A stretch of DNA of 60,664 bases, filler included. It is 6 parts of 6 records of this genome, joined end to end, with 100 filler letters (N's around TTAATTAATTAA, not from the genome) between each part and the next. Parts side by side here need not be neighbours in the genome. Positions count along the whole stretch, not along the records: positions 26,122 to 37,990 come from SRR31156797_13728; positions 38,091 to 44,151 come from SRR31156797_13757; 4 more parts are not named here. The stretch is one strand, 5' to 3'. The translations under genes and the position numbers were made by a program. Positions 31,151 to 40,843 of the stretch are shown in pieces (the first letter of the stretch is position 1; each line of letters begins with the position of its first letter). A model generated the notes under the pieces. It had not been told where the DNA came from, did no database searches, and was given only the letters and a program-made list of their open reading frames with translations.

Positions 31151-34100
31151 ATGAGAGTTTTTAATGTATTCTTATTTATTTTTCTTCCTGTGAGCTTGTT
31201 CGGAGCAACTTATACTGTTACATCATCATCAGCATGCGGTGCAGGATCTTTTATGGAAGCAATAAGCAACGCTAATTCCAATCCGGGTACTGACCGTATT
31301 GAGTTTGCATCTGGACTGACTGAGATTATTGCAGATGGGTGCATGATGGCACCTCCTGATTTTGACGAGTTCTTTCTTGCAAAAATTACCGAGTCTGTTG
31401 ATATTATCGGAATAGACGATCTTGACCCGGGAACTCCGAAGAAAGATCGTTTACGCTTCATTGGACACAATCAATGGATATCAAAAAGCGGAACCTTGAA
31501 CCCTGATAGATGTCCATTGTCTTCAGATATATTTGTTAACCAGGTGGCAGGCTTGCTTGCAGTTGGTACATATGGAGCTGATAACAGCACTATCACTGTA
31601 AATATGAGTAATATCGATGTTGATGGTCTGACTGCATTGGCATTCATTAATAAATCAGCAACCCTCAATATTTCAGATGGTTCTTTTACAAATATGCTAT
31701 CCAGTCACAGAAGCTGTACACATAGCATTATTAATGTTAAAGATGGTGGAAAATTAGATATTGAGCGCACATACTTTTATCACAATAAAGTAATGGCTTC
31801 GTACGACATGCATTATATGTGGTTTGGTTTAATTACAGCAGGCGCAAACAGCTCCGTAACCATTCAGGATTCTGATTTTTTCAATAACCATACAGCGGGT
31901 TTTATATCACAAAGCGGTGGAACTCTGGATATTATAAATTCAAAAATTGATAATAGTGAAGGAATCGGTGCAACAAATACTGCTACTCGTATTGTAAATA
32001 CAGCTATTTACACACAGAACTTTGCTTACGGCAGTACTCATGACGGTGTGCATTTATATGGTGGAAGCATATTACTTGATGCAGTATCAATATATGTTCC
32101 AGCCTGGTCTCATGCTCACTCACCTGATGACTCTGCCGGCTATACATCAAATAATGTTCACTTCTCTGCAAGGGGTGGTGCTGTAGTCACAATAACAGAT
32201 TCTGCAATAGGTGCACTTGCTGCGTCATCAACTCTGCTACCTCTCTCCTATACAACTGGTGCTGGAAGTGTGTCAGTGACACGATCCTGGGTTAGGGATG
32301 GATCTTTGCCAGGTGCTGATGACACTATACCTGGACTGTCAGATACGATATTTTTCCTTGCGGATCTAATTCCTGATCATGATGGAGTACTGGTTGACGC
32401 ATCTGTTGGAACTCCACTCATAAATCCGGTAACCGGGTTTGAAATTACAACAGATGTACTGGGTAATCCAAGGTTAAGTGGAGCAACCAGAGATATCGGC
32501 GCAGTTGAAGTGGTTGGTTGTCTGGCGCATACAGACTGCTCTGCTCTTGATGATCAGTGTAGTACAGGATACTGCAATACTACTCTTGGCTACTGTATTA
32601 GAGAATTTTCTTCAAAAGATGGAGATTCTTGTGACGATGGACATTACTGTACTGAAAATGAAACCTGCGACAATGGCAGTTGTAAGGATGGAGCAGCAAG
32701 AGACTGTTCCAATCTTGACAATCAATGTAATTCTGGTATCTGCAATGAATTAACCGATCAATGCCACCAAGTACAAATTGCCGATGACACTCCCTGTGAT
32801 GACACTCTTTTCTGCACAGCTAACGACACTTGTCAGTCAGGAACGTGTACTGGAGGAGCTCAACCGGATTGTGATGACGGGAACGTCTGTACTGCTGATG
32901 TATGTGATGAAAATTCAAAAGCTTGTGAGAATCATGTTATTGCTGGTTGTAATACAAATGATGATGACATAATTACAAACGATATTGATGCTATGATGGA
33001 TAATGATCAGATAATGAGCGATGGTGACACAATAGTCTCTGATGAAGACACAGATCTTTCAATATCAGATGCAGATACTGTTGTTATGGATGATGATGAT
33101 TTAACAGATACAGATAATGTAATTCAGGACAATGAAGTAGTCAGTGATTTGGACCAAGATACAGTGATTGAAAATGATAATGATACGGAATCAAATGATA
33201 ATGATGAAAAAAATGATATGGATAGCATTTACCTTTTTGGTGGTGGATGCGGATGTTCGATAGTAGTTGAAGCTGAGAATGATTCTAAACATTCTATCAT
33301 GTTATTGTCAATTTTTGGGATTATTCTTTCTTTATATCTCGCATTAAAAAGCAGAAAAAAGAAAAGAGGGAAATTATTGGGTTTTTTGCTGCTTCTTATG
33401 GTGTTTTTTTTGCCGAAGCCATCTCATGCACAGATAAAAATTCCAGCAGACAACTTTAAACCATCTACATCTCCCTATAGTCTCTATATGACAGAAAGCG
33501 GCAAACTTCTTCCTCACCTTTCTTTCTCAGGAGGTTTAATATTTAACTATGACCACCATCCTCTCATAATGTGGGACAATGAAAACAATAAGGTTTCATC
33601 CATGCCTCTGGAGCATAGAGTAGATATGAATGTCTTAGCCGGATTCGGACTTTGGAACAGATTGGAACTTGGATTGGCACTTCCAGTTTCTCTTTACCAG
33701 AAATCAGATGATAAATCTATTGATCAGGGTATTTTGAATTCATCTGCCGGAACAGCAATGGGAGATTTGAGGTTCATAGCAAAGGTCAGACTTTTTACTG
33801 TCAAATCTTTCACAATGTCAGTTGCATTACCACTTTCATTTCCTACTGGGAACAGAGAGAATCTTACAGGTGAAGACGGGGTAACTTTTTCACCGAAGTT
33901 AATAGCCGGATTAAGCACATCATTTCTATCAGTTTTTCTAAATGCAGGGTTCTTAATTAGAAAAGATCAGAGTTTAAATCTTGGAACGGGACAGGGAAAA
34001 ATTGTTGTTGACGATGAATTTCTTTTAGCCGCCGGAACTTTGATTCCTGTTTGGAAAAAACACATAGATCTTTTTGCTGATTTCAACATGTCAATGGCAC

Positions 34101-34858
34101 TTAAAGAACAGGACAGTGAAGAACTGGGATTTGACCTTATCGGTGGAGCAAAATTTTATCTTCCACTTGGATTTCAGGCTAACATTGGTATTGGCCCTGG
34201 ACTTGGCAGAGGAATTGGAACACCCCAGTTCAGAGCAATTGCTGGAATTAGCTACACCTATACTCCTAAAAAGAAAAAACCGAAGAAAAAAACGGCTAAA
34301 GAACCTCCCAAAAAGAAAGAACCGTTAAAAACACCGAAAAAAATGGAAAAAACAGAAAAGAAACCTCAGAAAAAAGAAGCTCCTGAAAAAGATTCTGATA
34401 ATGACGGGATTCCTGATTCAGTCGACAAATGTAAAGATAAACCGGAAGTTTTTAATGGTATTGAAGATGAAGATGGATGTCCTGATAAAGCGGAAAAAGA
34501 AGTGCACATAAAAGAATCAATGATACATACTCCTGTTCTTCATTTTGATGTTGATAAAGATATTGAGGATTCGCAAAGTCATGAACATCTTCAGGAAGTT
34601 GTAAAATTGCTAAAAGACAACTTATGGATAAAGAAGCTAATAATTGAAGGATATGCTGACAGCATAGGCCCCTCTAAATATAACAAAGACCTTTCAATTA
34701 AAAGAGCGGAACATGTACGCAAATACCTGATAAAACATGGCATTAAAGCTTCAAGATTACAAATTAAAGGGTTTGGCGAAAAAGATGCTGCTGATACAAA
34801 TAAGACAGAAGAGGGAAGATACCGCAACAGAAGGGTTATTTTTCATATTATGAATTAA
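31151..34858 (+). CDS. Fused surface adhesin / OmpA-family beta-barrel protein (TraA+TraB-like architecture)
   Basis: Signal peptide; beta-helix-like domain ending TDVLGNPR..DIGAVE; Cys-rich repeats; Asp-rich linker; GGGCGC + TM + KSRKKKR; second signal peptide ending SHA|Q; barrel; TSP3-like repeat; OmpA C-terminal domain (IEGYADS...NRRV). Confidence 0.8.
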   Translation: MRVFNVFLFIFLPVSLFGATYTVTSSSACGAGSFMEAISNANSNPGTDRIEFASGLTEIIADGCMMAPPDFDEFFLAKITESVDIIGIDDLDPGTPKKDRLRFIGHNQWISKSGTLNPDRCPLSSDIFVNQVAGLLAVGTYGADNSTITVNMSNIDVDGLTALAFINKSATLNISDGSFTNMLSSHRSCTHSIINVKDGGKLDIERTYFYHNKVMASYDMHYMWFGLITAGANSSVTIQDSDFFNNHTAGFISQSGGTLDIINSKIDNSEGIGATNTATRIVNTAIYTQNFAYGSTHDGVHLYGGSILLDAVSIYVPAWSHAHSPDDSAGYTSNNVHFSARGGAVVTITDSAIGALAASSTLLPLSYTTGAGSVSVTRSWVRDGSLPGADDTIPGLSDTIFFLADLIPDHDGVLVDASVGTPLINPVTGFEITTDVLGNPRLSGATRDIGAVEVVGCLAHTDCSALDDQCSTGYCNTTLGYCIREFSSKDGDSCDDGHYCTENETCDNGSCKDGAARDCSNLDNQCNSGICNELTDQCHQVQIADDTPCDDTLFCTANDTCQSGTCTGGAQPDCDDGNVCTADVCDENSKACENHVIAGCNTNDDDIITNDIDAMMDNDQIMSDGDTIVSDEDTDLSISDADTVVMDDDDLTDTDNVIQDNEVVSDLDQDTVIENDNDTESNDNDEKNDMDSIYLFGGGCGCSIVVEAENDSKHSIMLLSIFGIILSLYLALKSRKKKRGKLLGFLLLLMVFFLPKPSHAQIKIPADNFKPSTSPYSLYMTESGKLLPHLSFSGGLIFNYDHHPLIMWDNENNKVSSMPLEHRVDMNVLAGFGLWNRLELGLALPVSLYQKSDDKSIDQGILNSSAGTAMGDLRFIAKVRLFTVKSFTMSVALPLSFPTGNRENLTGEDGVTFSPKLIAGLSTSFLSVFLNAGFLIRKDQSLNLGTGQGKIVVDDEFLLAAGTLIPVWKKHIDLFADFNMSMALKEQDSEELGFDLIGGAKFYLPLGFQANIGIGPGLGRGIGTPQFRAIAGISYTYTPKKKKPKKKTAKEPPKKKEPLKTPKKMEKTEKKPQKKEAPEKDSDNDGIPDSVDKCKDKPEVFNGIEDEDGCPDKAEKEVHIKESMIHTPVLHFDVDKDIEDSQSHEHLQEVVKLLKDNLWIKKLIIEGYADSIGPSKYNKDLSIKRAEHVRKYLIKHGIKASRLQIKGFGEKDAADTNKTEEGRYRNRRVIFHIMN

Positions 34859-34861
34859 GGA

Positions 34862-36568
34862 TCAGTCTCCCCAATTATCAGCCACATTAATCTTCAGCTC
34901 ATATCCGTCATCAGCATTCTTTGATGTGCAACTGATAGTCACATCTGGAGCGTTTAGAGACATTCCCGGCTTAAGTACCATATCTCTTTTATCTGGAACT
35001 TCACCCCAATCATAACTCAGATATGGCGATGGCGATGCATCAAGAAGCCAAGATGTATAGCCATCATTAAAAGTTACCATAACACCTTTTGTGTTCTCTT
35101 CAAGTTGAGCTGATTTCAAACCACTATCCCACTTGTTATCAGTGGTTCTTACCTCTAGAAAGTACCCATCATTGAGTCTATTCTCTCCAGACATTGAAAA
35201 GAATTCATCAACTTTATATGGCAGTCTGATCTCAACTGAATGCACCCCTTTTGTATTGCCTACAGGGTAGACTGCTACACTATGAACACCAGGAGTGGCT
35301 ATCGTCTTTTGAGTTGTATCATCATACCAACCTAGCATATCTCTGTAAGCTGTACAGACAGATGTTGCAAATTCGCCACTTCCCATCATTGAAAATTTAT
35401 CACCATACTCTTCATGGTGAAATTCATTGTCATCGTTCGGAGAATAAAGAGACACTCCATCAGCCAACGAACTGTCTGCATGAGTCTGAACGCCCATTGC
35501 ATGAATTAACTCATGAATAAAGGTTCTTTCAAATCTTGTCATATTATGATCAGGGTGATCAACGGTCACTTCCCCGCCTTCCACAATTTCATTCGGAACA
35601 AATACCGTACCCGTCTGTTTTTCAGTATATTCATTAAAAAGATCGTAGTCTGTATCACGGTGATTATAACCAATATGCATAGCCTGAACAGTTGAGTAGT
35701 AATTCATCACATCAGCATCGTTTATCCTGAAAGTCCACATACCGGTCAATCCACCGGGATTCCAGCTGTAGTCATCATAGGCTATGAACTGGATTGAGTC
35801 GTAATTTGCAGCATCAAACCCGAGAATCTGAATTGCAGAGCCTGTGTCCAAAAGATAATTTTCTGGATAATCGTCCTTTGCATAATCTCCCGAACTTACC
35901 AAATCTGCAATTGTTCTAGGATGGGTAAAAGGACCAAAAACATCACCTGTGAGCCTTGTAAATTTTCCGTAGCTCATATCTTTAAGGTATTCATTTATCA
36001 GGCTACTGCTATCAAAGAAAAGAGTCTCCAGATCACTGTTTGTTGGATACATCGCTCGAATATTCGGATCTGTATCAGAAAAATCAACAATTATGACAGC
36101 TATGTTGAACTTAGTAACAGGATCTTTAGATTCGCCCCCCTGTATTATACAGTCCAGATTACCATCTTTGTCATAATCCTTTTCAGGAAGATCACAGCCA
36201 CAGGTTCCTGCAGTAACCTTTCTTTTTTCATCAGGACACTCGTCATTACAGTCTGCAGTGCCGTCTCCATCAGTATCCACATCAGAAACTCCGCAGCCAC
36301 ATATTCCCGGTTCAGTCTTGTCCGGATCGTCAGGACATTTATCTGAAGGATCAACATCATTATCAACAGGCGTATTATCATCTGTTTCATTTATTTCATC
36401 AACGTCATCACCTTCCACTCCTCCGTCATTTTCCATGTCGGAGATCTCTTTATCATTGTCTGTTAAAAAGACGTCATCATCTGTCGACTCTTCTTTCTTT
36501 TCATTTCCACATGAAGTCAAAAAAAACAAGAAAGCAGTTAATAGAAAAACACTTCCGAACGCTCTCAT
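34862..36568 (-). CDS. Lipoprotein zinc metallopeptidase (M6/M11-like) with TSP3-like repeats
   Basis: Lipobox LTSC; Asp-rich linker; DKCPDDPDKTEPGICGCG/DTDGDG repeats; HELIHAMG and EYGDKFSMMG. Confidence 0.72.
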   Translation of the reverse strand: MRAFGSVFLLTAFLFFLTSCGNEKKEESTDDDVFLTDNDKEISDMENDGGVEGDDVDEINETDDNTPVDNDVDPSDKCPDDPDKTEPGICGCGVSDVDTDGDGTADCNDECPDEKRKVTAGTCGCDLPEKDYDKDGNLDCIIQGGESKDPVTKFNIAVIIVDFSDTDPNIRAMYPTNSDLETLFFDSSSLINEYLKDMSYGKFTRLTGDVFGPFTHPRTIADLVSSGDYAKDDYPENYLLDTGSAIQILGFDAANYDSIQFIAYDDYSWNPGGLTGMWTFRINDADVMNYYSTVQAMHIGYNHRDTDYDLFNEYTEKQTGTVFVPNEIVEGGEVTVDHPDHNMTRFERTFIHELIHAMGVQTHADSSLADGVSLYSPNDDNEFHHEEYGDKFSMMGSGEFATSVCTAYRDMLGWYDDTTQKTIATPGVHSVAVYPVGNTKGVHSVEIRLPYKVDEFFSMSGENRLNDGYFLEVRTTDNKWDSGLKSAQLEENTKGVMVTFNDGYTSWLLDASPSPYLSYDWGEVPDKRDMVLKPGMSLNAPDVTISCTSKNADDGYELKINVADNWGD

Positions 36569-36639
36569 TTATGCCTCCAATTTATCAAATACTATAAATA
36601 AATTATACCGTTGTTGAATTTTTTGGCAATTTTGAGAGA

Positions 36640-37650
36640 TTAATTATCAAGCACCTTCTTCACTGCGTTATAACCACGTAGAACAAGAATTTTCAGGTCA
36701 GGATCTAAACCCATGAGAGCTTTTTCCGCGTCCACATCAGTTGAAACGGGAACTTTTATTTCAATAACGGGACAGTTCATTTTTGGAGTGTGCATGATCT
36801 CATCTCCGGTAACATTTACAGCATAGATCACAGCAGGGCCAAAAAGTCTGCAAGCATCTTCAACAGGAGTTGCGCTCACTCTGTCAAAGCCGGGATCGAG
36901 ATTTTCAATTTTATTGATCGGTTCAGAGAAGATAAGCGGGTTGTTGATACTTCCTGAAACCGCGTAGGCGAGATTTCCGCTTTCAAGAACGTTAAGGGAT
37001 ATCCTTCCATCCTTTATCTTAAAAAATGAAGTCGCAAATGGAATTGTCGTCTCTTCGATCTTTATACTGTTATTAAGATCATCAAATTTCTTTCTGAAAA
37101 CATCATTCTTTAAGCCGAAAAGAAGCGCTTTCACCTGTGAAACAACTGAACTGTTCACAACTGAGTTTATCAGTTTTCTATATCTTGAAATCAGGTCCTG
37201 ATTTGGAGCGATAGCATATAGACTTCCCATCAGAGATCCCATGCTGTTGCCAAAAACTCCTTCAAACTTTATACCAGCCTCGTTAAATGCTCTGATCGCA
37301 CCAATATGTGCAAAACCTTTGTCCGCTCCAACTGAAAGAACGAGCACCTTTTTATTTGTGCATATTCCACCGATATCTCTAAATCCCTCATCACAGGAAC
37401 AGGTGAATTTTTCCTTATCAGCAGTGCAAACTGAACGGTTTTTGTCTTTGCATGGATTAGGCTCACAAGGATCAACTAGCTTAACAGGTTCAGGCTCAAC
37501 CACCTTCACCTCGACCTCTTCTTCCACCTTTTTTACAGGCTTATCCACCTTCTTCTCTTCCTTTTTCTCAACAGTTGAGCATGTCACAAGAAAAGAAACC
37601 GACAAAATCAAAACTAAAAACTTCACAACAAACCTCATATCAAACTCCAT
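36640..37650 (-). CDS. Patatin-like phospholipase lipoprotein with EGF-like domain
   Basis: Lipobox LVTC; DPCEPNPC..C..C.CDEGF..C; SVGADKGFAHIG, GNSMG nucleophile elbow, DPG. Confidence 0.72.
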   Translation of the reverse strand: MEFDMRFVVKFLVLILSVSFLVTCSTVEKKEEKKVDKPVKKVEEEVEVKVVEPEPVKLVDPCEPNPCKDKNRSVCTADKEKFTCSCDEGFRDIGGICTNKKVLVLSVGADKGFAHIGAIRAFNEAGIKFEGVFGNSMGSLMGSLYAIAPNQDLISRYRKLINSVVNSSVVSQVKALLFGLKNDVFRKKFDDLNNSIKIEETTIPFATSFFKIKDGRISLNVLESGNLAYAVSGSINNPLIFSEPINKIENLDPGFDRVSATPVEDACRLFGPAVIYAVNVTGDEIMHTPKMNCPVIEIKVPVSTDVDAEKALMGLDPDLKILVLRGYNAVKKVLDN

Positions 37651-37747
37651 CAGTCAAAAATCTTTTTTAGGTTAGCAGATTTGGGGAAAATTTAAAATGA
37701 TTGTTTAAGAATTAATTATATGAAAGAATGATACTTATGAAATATTT

Positions 37748-37990
37748 TTAGTCTTCTCCTTCGTCTCCCTCATCTCCTTCTTCACCATCTTCACCACCAT
37801 GCTCTTCTGTTCCTGATTCCGGATGAGCTACATACCATTCGAACACCTGACCCTCTGCAGAAAGTTCAATATCCATTTTTTCTCCAGCAGCAAGATCTTT
37901 TGGAATTGTGGGTCCTAGCTCAAGTCCATTTGATAAGTGAACTTCTACTCGAACTTTTTCTATTGTTTCTTCTGTATCATTTTCAACTGT
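37748..37990 (-). CDS. Hypothetical protein, C-terminal fragment with acidic tail
   Basis: Open frame from the contig edge: TVENDTEETIEKVRVEVHLSNGLELGPT...HPESGTEEHGGEDGEEGDEGDEGED*; not in the ORF track. Confidence 0.55.
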   Translation of the reverse strand, partial: TVENDTEETIEKVRVEVHLSNGLELGPTIPKDLAAGEKMDIELSAEGQVFEWYVAHPESGTEEHGGEDGEEGDEGDEGED

Positions 37991-38090
37991 NNNNNNNNNN
38001 NNNNNNNNNNNNNNNNNNNNNNNNNNNNNNNNNNTTAATTAATTAANNNNNNNNNNNNNNNNNNNNNNNNNNNNNNNNNNNNNNNNNNNN
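37991..38090. other. Artificial contig spacer
   Basis: N-run with TTAATTAATTAA. Confidence 0.98.
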
Positions 38091-38091
38091 C

Positions 38092-39309
38092 ATCCGCGGC
38101 GGTTCCGGCCAGCCCCAGATCCTGAACAACAACGCTGTAATCCAGCGTACCCTAGCCCGCTTTGCGCAGTACCCCGACGGCATCACCCTTGAAGATGCCC
38201 GTAACTGCGGTAACTACGGCTGCGTATCCACCGGTGTCTGCGGCAAAGGTAGCTTCATTACTCAGGAAGACCAGCCGTGCCTCGCAAAAGTAGTTGAGCT
38301 GGTGCTCAACAACGGTAAATGCCCGGTGACCAAGAAAAAGGTCGGCGCAGAAACCGGTGATCCCACCACTTTCGAAACTTTCGAAGAACTCTACGAAGCA
38401 GTAAAAGGCCAGCTGGACAATCTGTTCCGCATTTCCCGCGCCCACTCTGACCTCAGCCAGATGGCACGTCTGCAGGTTGTACCGAGCGTATTCCGCTCCG
38501 CTATGTATGACGGCTGCATTGAAAAAGGTATGTGCGAAGAAGCAGGCGGAACCCGCTACCCGCAGGTTAACCCCATCATGACCGCAGGTGTCGACGCTGC
38601 CAACTCCATTCTCGCTATCAAACACCTTGTTTTCGATACCAAGGCAGTCACCATGGAAGAGTTGGTTGAAGCACTCAAAGCCAACTTCGAAGGGTACGAT
38701 GAACTTCGCCAGATGTGCTTTGATGCTCCCAAGCACGGCAACGACTACGAAGACGTGCAGGGATTCGTAAAACGTTTCTACCGTGACGTGGACGAAATCC
38801 ACCACTCTCAGGGACCGGACTGCTTCGGACAGCGCACCCCGCTTGATGCTTACTCCCTGTCCTACCACAACTACTTCGGCGGACTCATGGGCGCACTGCC
38901 CAACGGCCGTAAAGCAGGCGTGGCTCTCACTGACGGCAGTGTTTCCGCAATGCCCGGTACTGACAAGGAAGGTATCACCGCACTGATCAAGTCCGGTGCT
39001 GAAGCAATCGACACCGTCCGCTACGGCGCGAACCACTTCAACGTGAAGTTCTCCCCCTCCGTGCTGGAAGGTCCTCAGGGCGCTAAGACACTGATCTCCC
39101 TGATCAAGACCTACTGCGACTTCGGCGGCTCCCACATCCAGTTCAACTGCGTAAGCTCCGACACCCTCAAAGATGCGCAGCAGAACCCGCAGGATTACTC
39201 CGACCTCATCGTCCGTGTTGCAGGCTTCAGCGCCTACTTCACCAGACTGGATTGCGGTGTTCAGAACGAAATCATCAAACGTACTGAATACGACGCAGGT
39301 CGTTGCTAG
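38092..39309 (+). CDS. Glycyl radical enzyme of unassigned function, C-terminal half (5' truncated)
   Basis: Frame open from the contig edge (IRGGSGQPQILN...EDARNCGNYGCVSTG); glycyl motif IVRVAGFSAYF; PKHGND, ALPNGR. Confidence 0.92.
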   Translation: MRGGSGQPQILNNNAVIQRTLARFAQYPDGITLEDARNCGNYGCVSTGVCGKGSFITQEDQPCLAKVVELVLNNGKCPVTKKKVGAETGDPTTFETFEELYEAVKGQLDNLFRISRAHSDLSQMARLQVVPSVFRSAMYDGCIEKGMCEEAGGTRYPQVNPIMTAGVDAANSILAIKHLVFDTKAVTMEELVEALKANFEGYDELRQMCFDAPKHGNDYEDVQGFVKRFYRDVDEIHHSQGPDCFGQRTPLDAYSLSYHNYFGGLMGALPNGRKAGVALTDGSVSAMPGTDKEGITALIKSGAEAIDTVRYGANHFNVKFSPSVLEGPQGAKTLISLIKTYCDFGGSHIQFNCVSSDTLKDAQQNPQDYSDLIVRVAGFSAYFTRLDCGVQNEIIKRTEYDAGRC

Positions 39310-39370
39310 ATAAGATAATCATATTGAAGGAGAGAGCGTACCCCGCGCTCTCTCCCTTTCGGAGGCTACA

Positions 39371-40264
39371 ATGAGCCAAGGGATGATCTACAATATTCAG
39401 CGTATGTCGCTTCATGATGGGCCGGGCCTGCGCACCACTGTTTTCCTGAAAGGCTGCCCGCTGTCCTGCTTATGGTGCAGCAACCCTGAATCTCAGCAGG
39501 TCAAGCCTCAAATGATGTGCTTTTCCGAACTGTGCACCGGCTGCGGAAAGTGTGCTGAAATCTGTCCCAACGGAGCCGTCATTGAAATTGACGGCAAATT
39601 CGGACGCGATACTGAGAAGTGTACCCACTGCGGAGCCTGTACAGAAAATTGCGCAGGTAAAGCCCGTGAGATGTCCGGTAAGACCATGACCGTTGAAGAA
39701 GTGATGGACGTAGTCCGCAAGGACTCCCTTTTCTACGACAACTCCGGCGGCGGGGTGACTTTCGGCGGCGGCGAACCGACCTCCGGCGGACAGTTCTTCC
39801 TTGATATGGTCGAAGCTGCGGTCAATGAAGGCTACCATGTAACCGTTGATACCTGCGGCTACTGCCCGGAAGAACGTTTCGACAAGACCATCGAACTTGC
39901 GGACCTGTTCCTCTTCGACTGTAAGCACATGGCCCCGGAGGAACATAAAAAACTGACCGGGGTTGATAACGGGATAATCCTGCGCAACTTGGGCGCGGCC
40001 CTTTCATCTAATAAGGAAGTGCGGGTACGCATGCCGCTCATGCCGGGGATGAACGATTCCGAAGAGAACATCGCAGCCATGGCAAAATTCCTGAAGGAAT
40101 ATGGCCGCGACAAAGTGGAAGTAATGCCCTGCCACGCATTCGGCCGTAATAAATACGCCGCACTGGGCTGGAAATATAAAATGGACCGGGAATACACCCC
40201 GGAACAGCTGGATGTGGTTTTCAAACGCTTTGCCGAGCACGGCTTGAAAACCGAGATCATCTAA
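39371..40264 (+). CDS. Glycyl-radical activating enzyme (radical SAM) with 2x[4Fe-4S] insert
   Basis: HDGPGLRTTVFLKGCPLSCLWCSNPES; CTGCGKC..CP and CTHCGAC..C; GGGEP. Confidence 0.95.
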   Translation: MSQGMIYNIQRMSLHDGPGLRTTVFLKGCPLSCLWCSNPESQQVKPQMMCFSELCTGCGKCAEICPNGAVIEIDGKFGRDTEKCTHCGACTENCAGKAREMSGKTMTVEEVMDVVRKDSLFYDNSGGGVTFGGGEPTSGGQFFLDMVEAAVNEGYHVTVDTCGYCPEERFDKTIELADLFLFDCKHMAPEEHKKLTGVDNGIILRNLGAALSSNKEVRVRMPLMPGMNDSEENIAAMAKFLKEYGRDKVEVMPCHAFGRNKYAALGWKYKMDREYTPEQLDVVFKRFAEHGLKTEII

Positions 40265-40290
40265 ACATTTTTTTAACGGCGCAAAGTACA

Positions 40291-40818
40291 ATGAACTGTT
40301 CACTGACTGAAAAGCTGATCTGCGAATCCACCGGGCGTGAGGCCAAAGAGCTATACGGCAGCGATGCAATGTGCTGTTCCGAGGCTGTGCTCTGGACCAT
40401 CAATCACGAATTCGGCGGAGGTCTGAGCAAAGAAACAGTCATTGCGCTGAGTAAAGGGTTTTGCGGCGGCATCGGTGACGCAGGCTGTGTCTGCGGAGCC
40501 CTGTCCGGCGCGGTCATGGGTTTATCCCTGATCCTCGGCAAAGGACCACTCCCCGCTGGCGAGGATCAGGTACGCTCCCTTTCCAAGGAACTTCATGACC
40601 GTTTTCTAACCGCACACGGATCAGTCTGCTGCCGAATCTTAAGCCGGGACCGGGATCACGAGGCCGAAACCAAAGGTATCTGCCTTGATTATGTGTATTC
40701 TGCAGCAGCTATCTGCACCGGACTGTTGCTCAACCCGCAACCAGTTGAGCATCCAGAGAAGAAAAACTCCGGTCCATTCATGAAAGATTCAACAGCGGGT
40801 CAAACCGCTTTGATATAA
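40291..40818 (+). CDS. C-GCAxxG-C-C family putative redox protein
   Basis: CCSEAV, GFCGGIG..GCVCGALSG, GSVCCRIL, C-terminal Cys. Confidence 0.82.
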   Translation: MNCSLTEKLICESTGREAKELYGSDAMCCSEAVLWTINHEFGGGLSKETVIALSKGFCGGIGDAGCVCGALSGAVMGLSLILGKGPLPAGEDQVRSLSKELHDRFLTAHGSVCCRILSRDRDHEAETKGICLDYVYSAAAICTGLLLNPQPVEHPEKKNSGPFMKDSTAGQTALI

Positions 40819-40843
40819 ACAAAAACATAATTGGAGAGAGAAT

